Shown: in pieces, positions 11,872-23,860 of the stretch
How positions within the stretch are numbered: position 1 is the first letter of the stretch
Layout: each line of letters opens with the position of its first letter
Made by a program: the position numbers and the translations under genes
Source of the DNA: Octopus sinensis
Taxonomy: Eukaryota
Length of the DNA stretch: 64,000 nucleotides
Assembly: GCF_006345805.1 (NCBI RefSeq)
Contig: NC_043000.1
Location: 372,001 to 436,000 of the forward strand
Reading direction: 5' to 3'
The notes under the pieces: model-generated
What the model was told of the DNA's origin: nothing
Seen by the model: only the letters and a program-made list of their open reading frames with translations
Database searches by the model: none

Positions 11872-12472
11872 GGTGGTGGTGGTGGTTGGAGTGGAATTTA
11901 GTAGTATTGGTGGAAGTGGTGTTCGTGTTGGAGGTGATAGTAGTAGTAGTAGTAGTTAGTAGTAGTAGTAGTATGACGATGGGTGGGGTGGCTTAGATAG
12001 AAATAGAAGCTAAGATAAGGCGATAGGTGATTTCGTAGCGGTGGGGAGCCTGGTTGCGGATATCTGTAAAGGGGGTGAAGGAAAGATATGAAGTGGGTGG
12101 TGTGCATAAGAACAAGGAAGACGAAGAAGAAGCAGAAGAGAAGAAGAAGAAGAAGAGAAGATAGATGAGAAGATGATTTTGAGGAGAAAAAGAGAGATTG
12201 TTAGAAGAAAAGATGATTGAAGAAGAAGAAGAAGAAGAAGAAGAAGAAAGAAAGAAGAAGGTAGAATTAGAGAAAGGAAGAAGAAGAAAACGCAGAAGAA
12301 GAAGAAGAAGAAGAAAAAGAAGAAGAAGAAGAAGCATGGAATATTGTGTAAGTATGGTTGTGTAATATATATGAATACATACATAAATATATGTGTATGT
12401 ACATATATATTGTATGTATGTAGTTGGGTGTGTCGTGTCAAATACAGGTAAATAGATAGGCAGATAATTAGG

Positions 12473-12552
<80 letters not shown>
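10860..12552. repeat. Compound microsatellite block (GTA, GGT, GCA, GGC, GAA, GATA)
   Basis: Directly visible tri- and tetranucleotide runs. Confidence 0.95.
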
Positions 12553-12553
<1 letters not shown>

Positions 12554-12971
12554 TGAGTGAGTGAAAGAGAGCGGGGCAGACAGAGACAAGGTGAGAGAGT
12601 TAAACAGACAGACGGACAAACTGACAAACAGTAAATGAGAATTGCTAGAGGATTGAGAAGTTGCTAAAGAGACAAGTATACAGGGACAAAGTTTAGGGGA
12701 CTGGGGTAGATAAGAAGAATGAGATAAAGATACTCTTAGTGGGGTAGAGAGATATGTTAACATGCTTCTGTATGAATGTATATTTGTATGTGTGTATATA
12801 TATATATATTTAAAAAAGGAGATGTGAAACACGAGTTGTGATATATAAAAAAAGGAAATGTCCATTAACCATATAATTTTTTCACAATACGCACGCTACT
12901 CGAAAAAAGGTGGACAGAAATTTCTAAAATATTCCATTATTACCATATCGGACCGATATCTATGAAGTGTT

Positions 12972-13027
<56 letters not shown>

Positions 13028-13132
13028 TCAAAGGGAAATGGAATTAATTAAAATTAAAACGTTCAATCAAAAATTTACATTTCCAGAGTCTAACGTGCAA
13101 AAAAAATGAGTCAAGAAGACTATATATTAGTC

Positions 13133-13299
13133 ATACGATATAGTGTATATTTATACACATAAGGAATCCACTTATAGTGAATTCCGCACGATAAAAAGAA
13201 CCGTTATTTTTGTGGATCACAAACCTAGCTGTTCTTTCTAGCGTGCTGAATTCCCTGTAAGTGGATTCCTTATGTGTTTAAATATACACTATATCGTAT
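13133..13299. repeat. 167-bp foldback palindrome (MITE-like)
   Basis: ATACGATATAGTGTATATTTATACACATAAGGAATCCACTTA pairs with TAAGTGGATTCCTTATGTGTTTAAATATACACTATATCGTAT; pairing continues almost to the centre TGTGGATCACA. Confidence 0.9.
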
Positions 13300-13352
13300 A
13301 TATATAAGTATATAGATATGTTTACACACTCATACATCTATATCTAAGTCTG

Positions 13353-13421
<69 letters not shown>

Positions 13422-13891
13422 GTAGAGAGGCAAGTTTTGTCTAGCGAATGTTTTAAAAAAAGATGGGTGAATGTAGCAAGAATGGCACGTATGAATGACG
13501 AAGCCACCTTGAGCATGATCCCATGAACCCAGAAATTGAAAACAGAGAGTTGCTTATTCGCAAAAAAAAAAAAAAGAAATATAACATGTGACTTCATTGA
13601 CCGAGGTTACCGTGGTCTTTTCCATAGGCTTTTCTTTCCACGGGTAAACCTCACCTGTCCTCCCCTTTACACTTCATATTGACATTTCTGTGATAACGAT
13701 CCCTATTGATCAATTTTTTTTCCTCTCCCCTTTTTTTTAACCCTTCTTTTTTTTGTCCTCTTTCTCTCCTTTTACGATCCCTTTTGATCGAAACTCCCCC
13801 TTCCTTTTTTTTTTTTAAACCTTCAAAAGAAAAGCTCTACCTTGTAATTTGTTCTATCTGTGTGCAGCCCTGTGTGGCTAATAAAGAAACA
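13422..13891 (+). mobile_element. 5'-truncated L1/Tx1-type LINE 3' end inserted in (TATC)n
   Basis: Translates VERQVLSSECFKKRWVNVARM..*, homologous to the ORF2 end at 27240/27465; pyrimidine-rich 3' UTR ending GTGGCTAATAAAGAAAC; (TATC)n on both sides. Confidence 0.75.
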
Positions 13892-13967
<76 letters not shown>

Positions 13968-14050
13968 CATCTATCTATCTATCAATCTATCTATCTATCT
14001 ATCTATCAATCTCTCTCTCTCTCTCTCTCTCTTTACATATATATATATAT

Positions 14051-14322
14051 CGGTTGGAGGATCGCGGTTTCGATTCCCAGACCGGGCGTTGTGTGTGTTT
14101 ATTGAGCGAAAACACCTAAAAGCTCCACGATACTCTGGTAGGGGGTGGTGGCGACCCCTGTTGTACTCTTCCGCCCCAACATTCTCTCACTCTTTCTTCC
14201 TGTTTCTTGAGTAACGCTGCGATGGACTGGCGTCCCGTTCAGCTGGGGGGGGGGATACATACGTCATAGAAACCAGGAAACCGGGCCCATGAGCCTGGCT
14301 AGGCTTCAAAAGGGCGCATAAA
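14051..14322 (+). mobile_element. SINE family D, 5'-truncated, with V-domain-like tail shared with family C
   Basis: GGTTTCGATTCCCAGACC B-box, then GCTGCGATGGACTGGCGTCCCG...GAAACCGGGCCCATGAGCCTGGCTAGG. Confidence 0.85.
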
Positions 14323-15984
14323 TAAATAAGATATATGCCCATACGCCCATCGAAACACATGCCCATACACACATACGCACAAAACGCATAATTAAACGAT
14401 TGAGTACAACAAAAGGCGTTGTTCCGTTCGGGAACACGTCTAAGGATTTATGGAAGACATTTACTACAAAATGTATTATTTCTCTGAGCGAAAGCGATCG
14501 GACATTTATGAGCCTTTATTATAGGAAGTTGGGGCATGAGTTGGGCCAGTTGACTTCATTATTAGTTACGTTATTATCCTTTAAAATCCGAATATATTTC
14601 CATTGTGAAGTGGTGAGGTATCCCTGATTATCTCAATGTATACATACGCTACAAGTGTCTTCTTTTCAGGAAGTTTTCAGTAAATCGCACAAGCATTTGC
14701 GTTTCACTGCAATTTAAACCTAAACTAATGCTCAAGAAAAGCACAAACCACGGTGAGGGCAAGTATTTGGGTTATCACAATTACATAGAGAAGAGTTCCA
14801 CGTATTCGTACTAGAAGTGCTTCTTCTATGGTATTGGAAGATTTTGGTGTAACTGCACCTCTCCTAATATTTTTCTTACTAAATATCTTATTGTATCAAT
14901 AGTCTAGCGGAAAGTGCTTGTGGATAAGAGTTAAAAGAAACCTAACAATATTGGAACGAAGATTTAAAATGTAGGGATGATTATATGATAATATTTCGCG
15001 CCTTCCTCTTCTATATTAGTGTTTCCGACTATTAGCATTATCTGCATGCAATGTGACATCTCTTTGAAGCTTCTCTCATTCACTGAGTTATTCTACTGAT
15101 GAGCAGTACGAGTTAATGCCCATTGGTCTGAGACAAAGCAGGATATGCATTCACTAGTGTTATTAACTAAGTTTATAATAATTATTGTGGAGTGGTTGGA
15201 ATTAAAAGACCGCAATATCTTGCATTTTGACTTGACAGTACAGAATAGTATTTATAAAAGCTGAAATCAAGAGATACATCCATAATTTTTCATCTGACTT
15301 ATCCAATCAGTTTCCGTGTACCATATTTTACACACTAGCTTTTAGTGGATCCAAGGTTTTCGTAAAACCATTTGGTATAAGTTAGGAATTTTGGAGGGTG
15401 GCGTATTTCTGAGAATAGGTAAGGGTTTGGTGGAATAAGTAATGAAATGGGCAGCTAAATAGGGTGATTTCAGTGGAAGTTGTAACACAGCTTTCTACTA
15501 CAGAGAGAAAAAAAACTTGTCATTCAGTAAAGGAAAAGCAAAGAAAGAGAGTGGAGAAATAAAATAGAGTGGGTAGTTGCACATGTTGTACTATGCAATT
15601 GAAAGGGAGGGGTTGTCAATCAATTTAGATATCCAATCACTTGATGCTGTCAAACGTGTTATTCGTGCATAATAGCAGCACATTCACCGATATGTAGAAA
15701 GCACGTCATTTGTAGAGCTTATTCAGTTGATTCTGTCTTCATAAATGTTCAAGACAATTCTCTTGAGAAGGTATGAGCTCTGCCAAGTTAATTTGTCTTT
15801 GGATGGTAAATCGGTTTCGGATGGTGAATCATCGGTCCGTTAGAGTTATAAAATATTACGCGACATGAGAAATTTTGTGTGTTGCCATCGGCAATAGTCG
15901 TCATTCAATGGAAATCTAGTTCTCACCATAGAAATAATGTACACTTAACGGATTGTCTACTAGTTTGTGTGTTGTGTGTGTATA

Positions 15985-16085
<101 letters not shown>

Positions 16086-16100
16086 TGTATATATATATAT

Positions 16101-16290
16101 AGTTGGAATTTATAAAAAACAAAAGACGAAGATGGGTGGTAAACAACAAACAGATGTATTAGTTTAACGCTCGGGAAGGTGAGAATTTCTTTTATGTTTT
16201 GAACCTATGCTCTTCAACAGAAAGGAATACAGAAATAAGCAGAGAGAGGAAATAATAAAGGTTTAGTGGTTAGCGATCAATCATGTACAT
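16101..16290 (-). mobile_element. Family P element, decayed hammerhead
   Basis: Minus strand TTT-CTGTTGA-A-GAGC-ATAG-GTTC-AAAA-CA-TA-AAAG; body is the reverse complement of 18207-18422; abuts (TA)n. Confidence 0.7.
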
Positions 16291-16309
16291 GAATACAGGT
16301 AAGTGTATA

Positions 16310-16605
16310 TACTCTTTTAATCTCCTTTGTTTCAGTCATTTGACAGCAACCAAGCTGGAGCAAAAGATTCTATCGACATCTTTTGCCGAACCGCTAAGTT
16401 ACGTGGAAGTAAACCAAACGATAGTGGGGGCACTAACACATACACACGCACACGATGTGCTTCTTTCAGTTTCCATTAACCAAATCTACTCACAACGCTT
16501 TGGTCGGCCCGAAAGACACTCGCCCATTGTGCCACGCAGTGGGACTGAACCCAGAACCATATGGTTGATAAGCAAGCTACTTACCACACAACCACTCCTG
16601 CGCCT
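16310..16605 (-). mobile_element. SINE family B with internal deletions
   Basis: Reverse complement of family B head (ends CCACTCCTGCGCC) and 3' tail. Confidence 0.85.
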
Positions 16606-17412
16606 ATTTATATATTTTTCATATAATAAATGTGTATGCATAATTGTATGTGTGTGCGTGTGTGCGTGTGTGTGCATGTGTGCGTGCATATGTAACATTT
16701 TTTTATATAACTATTGAAACACTGTGTTCAAAGAGATGATCTATAGCCAAAGGATATGAATATTTTTGAAGCTATATTGAAAAAACCCTCGAAATCGATA
16801 CAGATCGATTAGTTTATTCATTAATATAGTCTTGTAAAGAAGGTGTTTCTCTAAAAATGCCAACACTCAGTTATCATAGTAATGAACAAAAAGATACTTT
16901 ACAGAAAATTCTTTTTAAATAACACTTATTTAATTGGATATTTGTACAGTCCTTGATAAAAGCGGCTTTTTTGTATAAATTTTAATGGCACGTACAAGTT
17001 ACCAGAGACGACCACATAGCTATGTCAAGTGCGGATTAATATCTATTTTACATGTCATAATGACTTCTGGTATTAAACTGCTCGTTAGTTCCTATTACTA
17101 CTATTTCTTTAATATTAAGGAGGTGTGAGATTTACATAGGCTTCCTGCGTCCTTAAACGTCTTAGTATAAAGGCAGGATGTTTAAATGGCAATGGATGAC
17201 TTCCTACACGAAGAAAGGACTTATATACGTTACAACCAGGTTCGTCCACATCGTCAACCTTCCCACGGACAGCGCTTAAAACCATATTTTATTTGCAGAA
17301 TATATTTAACTTTTAGTGAATATTTGTTATCTCTTTCTGTCTGTCTTTCATCTTTGTTTTACTCGGATATATATGTATGAGTATGCTTGAAACGAGGTAG
17401 TGTTACTTAAAA

Positions 17413-18500
17413 CACTGATCAACACATACTTTCTGGCACAAAGTTTATCAGTGGTTTTAGTTTATTTTGGGGTGCTGCATCCAAATCTGACATCAGATTT
17501 TTGAGGTATAAAATCTTATACATTTGCTAGAAAGAGCTATTTAATGCTCATAAGGGAAAAATTAAACATACGTAGATGCAAATTTTAATAGACAATATTT
17601 CTTATTTTAATCTAATAAATCAAAACGCAAAGTTCTGGAAGTAAAGGCACATTTGCATGCAAGAATTAAGCTTCGTTATAACAAAATATGAATAAGTGGT
17701 TATCCATTCTGATCATCTTATTGCAGCAAGAACTTCCCCTTTTTTGACGATCTCTTGTGAACAGCTTCTGGGACATCTTTCATCATCAAGCTCCAGCAGT
17801 AATCTGCCACCATGTTTAAGCCCCATAGGCCTTGGTAGCGTTTTTCCATTACTTTTAACTCTTGATGAATGTGTTCTCCTTGTTCTTCGTTGTCGTCACC
17901 CAAGTTTTCAGGAAATTCACCCAAGTGGCTGTGTAAGCAATGCAATTTAATGCTCATTCTACATTCAAGTACTTGCAGACTCTAGAGCAGCTCCTCCACA
18001 TTATCTTTATAGTTGTTAGCTTTCTTGTTCCCAAGGAAATTCCGCACCACAACAGAGAAGTCATTCCAAGCTCTAACCTCCGCCGCATTCATTGTCGTAA
18101 CAAAATGGGGATCTCTGAGGAGTGTTCTTATTTGAGGTCCATCAAGTATTCCTGCCTTCTTCTCGTTACTGAGACTTGGAAAGGTTGTACATATATATCT
18201 AAAGCATATATATCTAAACATGGAACGCCATGTTGGATCGTTAGCCCCTACACGCAATTTTATTCTCTCCTTGTTTCTTTTCTGTGTATCTTTCTGTCGA
18301 AGAGCGTAGGCTCGAAACGTAAAAGACTTGTTTTATTTCTATTCCTGAGCGCCATACTAATACATTGTTTGTTTGTACTCCACCTGCCTTCGTCTTTTGT
18401 TTATTTTCGTAAACCTTGCCGTTATATCTAAAGCAGTCTCCACTGTGATCAAGAGTTTTGATGAATTACTTCATCACACCAAGTTTCAACACAGGTTGTG
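17413..18500 (-). pseudogene. Chapaev3-like (CMC superfamily) transposase relic, C-terminal half with one terminus
   Basis: Motifs LKLGVMK*FIKTLD, GILDGPQIR, NFLGNKKA, MSIKLHCLHSHLGEFPENLG, EEQGE..HQ, MEKRYQG, ADYCWSL; terminus begins CACTGATCAAC. Family name from recalled motifs. Confidence 0.75.
18207..18422 (+). mobile_element. Family P element, 216 bp, with 13-bp TSD and hammerhead variant
   Basis: TSD TATATCTAAAGCA at 18194-18206 and 18423-18435; removing it restores the transposase frame (DCFRY-ICTTFP); TCTTT-CTGTCGA-A-GAGC-GTAG-GCTC-GAAA-CG-TA-AAAGA at 18289-18326. Confidence 0.88.
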
Positions 18501-19154
18501 CAAACGTTGTGGATTGTGTGCATACATGTACATAAACATACATTTATATATGTATGATGCAAAGTTCGTTAGCTGGGAGCATTTATCACGACTAAGCTTA
18601 AAATGTTGCTGCAGATCCTCACCTTTTGTTTATTCGTGTTTATTCGTCTGTTTTGATCGCAGATCTCAGTGATGACTGCTCCCTTTTTCGTGTTGAGTCT
18701 GGGCTGCACACACGCACGTGCGCTCACACACACACCCATACACACACACACATACCACACACACACGCACACATCGCGTGCGCGCTCACATGAACACATA
18801 GTCACGCATAAAAATTTACATTTGTCTCTAAATCAAAGTTCGGTTATGTTTAATGCGAATGCAAACAGTCGGTTGTCGCTTTAGTAAAGAAACTTAACGC
18901 CGAAAAGATGTTTACTGAAGCCGGTAGTGATGAGTGTCTCAGGTCAGAGGGCATCTGATGCGATGGAGACTGAGCGCGGAGATGGAGATGATAAAAGATG
19001 CAGTTAGGGTGTAGAGAAACGTTAGAGAACTTAGGCGGTGAGTGTCAGAAGTATAGACAGAAAAGATATGAAGAGAATGCTGAAACAAAGAATAGTGCTG
19101 CATTCGTACATACATACATACATACATACACATACAAAAACACACATTCCTATG

Positions 19155-19256
<102 letters not shown>

Positions 19257-19750
19257 TGTATGTTTGTATGTATTTACCTATCTATGTGTGTATGTTGGTG
19301 TGTACACGTGTATGTATGGTATTTCCTTGTTCCTCTATGTCAGCAGAATAATATTTCGGTATGGGTATCAGTATATGGCATTTCGGTACCAGAATGTGGA
19401 GAAACTATAGATGGAAAAGCAGTGCGTTGACTGTGGGTATTCAAGGATGCGCATGTATACAACTATTGATGAATCATATTAAAACAATATCGGGTATGAT
19501 ATGCGTAACATTCAGCAATTAACAGCTGGTAATGATGCGTTGAAACAATTGCTGTGATATGTAATAAAGACTGTTCAATCCACATTGATGATGTGTATCT
19601 TTACTCTACCGATATTGGCAGGCATACACATCTATATCCAGCAATTGGAGAAGTCCTACTACTGTACAATAACATTTGGTAGATGATACCTGGAAAAGAG
19701 CCTTGGACAGCAAGCTGTAAGTTTATTACGCAACATAAGTGTATGCATAC

Positions 19751-19805
<55 letters not shown>

Positions 19806-19806
<1 letters not shown>

Positions 19807-20226
19807 TCTTTTACTCTTTTACTTGTTTCAGTCATTTGACTGTGGCCATGCTAGAGCACCGCCTTTAGTCGAGCAAATCGACCCTGGGACTTATTCTTTG
19901 TAAGCCCAGTACTTATTCTATCGGTCTCTTTTGCCGAACCGCTAAGTGACGGGGACGTAAACACACCAGCATCGGTTGTCAAGCAATGCTAGGGGGACAA
20001 ACACAGACACACAAACACACACACACACACACATATATATACATATATATATATACATATATACGACAGGCTTCTTTCAGTTTCCGTCTACCAAATCCAC
20101 TCACAGGGCATTGGTCGGCCCGGGGCTATAGCAGAAGACACTTGCCCAAGATGCCACGCAGTGGGACTGAACCCAGAACCATGTGGTTGGTAAGCAAGCT
20201 ACTTACCACACAGCCACTCCTGTGCC
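19806..20226 (-). mobile_element. SINE family B, full length
   Basis: Reverse complement of the 4226-4620 type. Confidence 0.92.
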
Positions 20227-20849
20227 TATACACACACACACACACACACACACACTTATTTATGTAAAGGCTTATTATATATTTCGCAGCGTACGTGCAT
20301 AATAACTTCTTTATTTTATCATTTCAAAACCCCGCACGATGTCTTTAAACTATTTTCTTTCCTTCGATTCCTGCTCTCCCTCTCTCTCTCGGTCACTGTC
20401 CCCTCTCTCTCTTACCCCCTTCTCTCTCTTATCCTCTTGCAAACTTGCTGCCTCGTTCCCATCGGCCGCTTGTTCAACATGTCTTATCACCGAAAAGGTA
20501 CTTATTTTTCCACGCTGTTGATATTGTTTTTGTGTCTCTCTGTTTGTCTCAAAGCCGTAGGGCGCCTGTGTCATCAATGTTTTTAACCGTTACTGTCCCC
20601 AAAAAAGATTTTTCGTTTCATGTTCGTCTCTGTTGCGTTGCATTCTTTCCTTCTGGGGCTGGCCGATTCAGAGCGGATCTCAGAATTAAACATCCGAAAT
20701 CTGCGATGAGGGATCAGTTTCTGACTGAAAAACGAAGGCTTTGAATGACCCGTCTGTCTCTTACGTTCGTCCCTTCGTGTATTTCACATTATTTATATAT
20801 GTAAAGGTTTATAGTATTATTATTATAATATATATATATATATATATAG

Positions 20850-21050
20850 TGAATCCAAACAAGGAAGAACAAACAAGAAAAAATAATAACGCAAGGACGT
20901 GGTACAAGTACTGTATTATCAGACGTTCAGGAAAGGAAGGAAAGAGGATTTAACGTTTCGAGCGAAGCACTTCGTCAGAAATAGAGAAAGTCCAAAGGAT
21001 GGGAAAATGGAGGAAGAAAATAGCTAACGATACACACGCGGTTACATTTT
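20850..21050 (-). mobile_element. Family P element with canonical hammerhead core
   Basis: 20982-20948 minus strand ATTT-CTGACGA-A-GTGC-TTC-GCTC-GAAA-CG-TT-AAAT; body resembles 2320-2730; abuts (TA)n. Confidence 0.8.
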
Positions 21051-21954
21051 GTAATGACCGGAAGAGAATGGATGAAGAAAAGTTCTTTCTAAGACAGGAG
21101 AGTGCAAGAGAAGGAGATATGTGTGTGTGTGTGTGTGGGTATGTGCGTGCGTGCAAGTTTGTGGGTGTAATAATAGTATGTGTATGCCAGTATGTGTGTG
21201 TGTGATTTGTGTGCAGTGTGTTTTGTATGTGTTTTGTGTGCAGTGTGTGCCTATGTCTATGCGCGTGTGTGTGGTATGTATGTATGAATGTATGTGTACA
21301 TCTGTGTATGTGTGTATACGTGGGATTGAGTGGAGGCCGTGTCTGCGGAGCAAATGTGCGTTACTCTGTGTGTGCGCGTGTATGTGCGTGTGTGTATATG
21401 CCCGTGTATATATAATTGTGTGTGTGTATGTATCAGTGTGTGTTGTGTGTGTGGGAGGTATGTGTTGGTTTATTTGAGTGTGCGTGTGTGTATATGTGTG
21501 CCTGTGTATATATATATATGTGTATGTGTGCGTGTGAGTGTATGTGTGTGTACATGTGTGTGTGCGTATGTATTTTGTGTGTGTGCATGTGTGCGTGCGT
21601 GTGTATGTGTGTGTGTAAACGAGGGGTTGTGTGTGGAGGGTATATGTGCGTTTTTTGCGTGTATGCACGCGCGTGTGTGTGCGTATATTTGTGTGTGTGC
21701 GTGTGTATGCAGAGAAAGAGTGAGAGAAAGAGAGAGAGACAGACAGAGGTTAATTATTTCTCCATCTTTATTAGATCTTTTAAATATCATGTGGTCAACA
21801 TTTTAGTTGGTGAATAGGTTATCTTCTAGTTTTACCTTGCCTGTTTAACATTTTACCTGTGTTTGTGTGTGTGTCTAAATACACACACATACGCACACAT
21901 ATATATGTATATATATAATTTGTAATATATATATATATATATATATTATATATA

Positions 21955-22353
21955 CTAGCAGTATCGCCCGGCGTTGCTCGGGTTTGTAAGGGAAATAATT
22001 ATATAACCATTTTTAGAGAGTTACTTCCCTTATATAATAGCAAAATATGCATTAAAAATGGGAAAAAATTATGGTAAATTTTTTTAAAATCGTAGACTCA
22101 TCATAGACATTTTTAGAGAGTTACTTCCCTTATATTATAGCGAAAAAAATGCATTAAAATGGAAAAAAATTATGGTAAATTATTTTTAAAATCGTAGACT
22201 CATCGTAGACGCGCGCTAATACCCAGAAGGGCTCGATATGAATCACGACTATAAGATACCCGCTTTTGGTTAAACTGCACCGCAAAATGTGGGAGTAGTT
22301 AGGAATCTAAATCGTAGGAGACAGACACACAACTTCACTTTTATATATAAAGA
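21955..22353 (-). mobile_element. Non-autonomous Helitron
   Basis: Minus strand A|TCTTTATATATAAAAG...CCCGAGCAACGCCGGG hairpin...CTAG|T, no TSD; internal ~100-bp tandem repeat at 22008-22209. Confidence 0.9.
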
Positions 22354-22742
22354 TAGTCAAGAGATGAGATCTGGAGTTCCTCGGTATTGAAAACACTCAG
22401 TGCCCAAATGATTCGAACTTGATGTCAATACGAGCAACCAATGATGACGAGGAACCAATGATGACAAAAGTCCGACTTATCCAATGTTTAATTGCTTCCA
22501 TTACAGCCGGCATATAGTGGTGAACTACATCTACCAAAACTATGAGGCAATTCCGTGCCGCCAGAAACAGCTGTTGGACTTATAACATCTTACCTCTGCT
22601 CCTTTAAAGTCATCTTTCGTTCGTACTGTTGTGTAAGTTTCATCTATCAATATAAATATCTGTACATTTATACTTAAATATTCATCGTCTGAATCTCTTT
22701 AGTCTTTGCTCTCTTTCTGTTTGCATGTATACATATATATAT

Positions 22743-23052
22743 ATCACCGTGATCACCGTGACCGACCAGGCCATCATATGTTGTTACACATCGCTGGTCA
22801 CAATGCGCTTCGCATTGTTTTAGCCTTCAAATGACGCCACCCCGCTGCCTAAGCGAGCAGGCCAACAGAAGAAAGAGTGAGAGCAAGTTGTGGCGAAAGA
22901 GTACAGCAGGGATCTCCACCCCACCCCTGCCGGAGCCTCGTGGAGCTTTAGGTGTTTTCGCTCAATAAACACACACAACGCCCGGTCTGGGGATCGAAAC
23001 CGCGATCCTACGACCATGATCCCTGCCCTTAACCACTAGTCCATTACGCCTC

Positions 23053-23053
<1 letters not shown>
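22743..23053 (-). mobile_element. SINE family D with tail type ii
   Basis: Family D head and body followed by GGCCTGCTCGCTTAG...AAACAATGCGAAGCGCATTGTGACC tail; TA tracts on both sides. Confidence 0.85.
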
Positions 23054-23100
<47 letters not shown>

Positions 23101-23569
23101 TAATATATTATATATATATTATATATATATATATATATAATATATATATATATATTTCTTTTTGTATATCAAGCCCAAGCTGTTATATTAATTTGCTTTT
23201 ACGCATAATTGCCTCTCTCTCTCGATATATATATATAGTGATATACACATTATATGAACAGTCGTAGAAGTCATACAGGCTACCGCAGCATTGAATTCCA
23301 TAGAAACTTTCAGTTCTGTTTGATACAATGAAACATGTAATGAAATATAATCATGCATGAACAGAAACGTGTGTTTCTAATATCCCCGAGGAAAGTACAA
23401 TCCCTCTGAACACTCCAGGTCTCAAAGCGGGTAGAAAGGAAGGCTGAGAAAACTTGTTTTACATTCAGAAGTCCACTCCTTACAGCTTACATATACAGTA
23501 ATGTGCTTATTTTTGCACAAAGCTCTGGCGCCCATTTTTTATTAACCTTTGTATAATATATATATATAT

Positions 23570-23725
23570 GTATATTTTCCTTCCTGTTCATTGTATACCA
23601 TGTATACTTACTCCTTTTTATTTATTTATTTATTTTATCATTTTATTATATGTAAACCCACACATTTTGTGTCGCTTTTGTATTGTCCCCCTCAACCTTC
23701 GCTCTGATGGAAAGTAAATGAAATT
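23570..23725 (+). mobile_element. L1/Tx1-type LINE 3' UTR fragment ending in (TTA)n
   Basis: CATTGTATAC...GTAAACCC...ATTGTCCCC...TAAATGAAATTATTATT matches 29170-29310. Confidence 0.6.
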
Positions 23726-23806
23726 ATTATTATTGTTGTTGTTGTTGTCTGTATCATTGTTGCTGTTACCTTCTTTTTTTTCTTCTTCCTCTTCTTCTTC
23801 TTCTTT

Positions 23807-23838
<32 letters not shown>

Positions 23839-23860
23839 TATTATTATTATTATTGTTATT

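Noticed and set aside
15097-15140. CTGATGA as another hammerhead core
   Set aside because: No stem II or GAAA at a suitable distance
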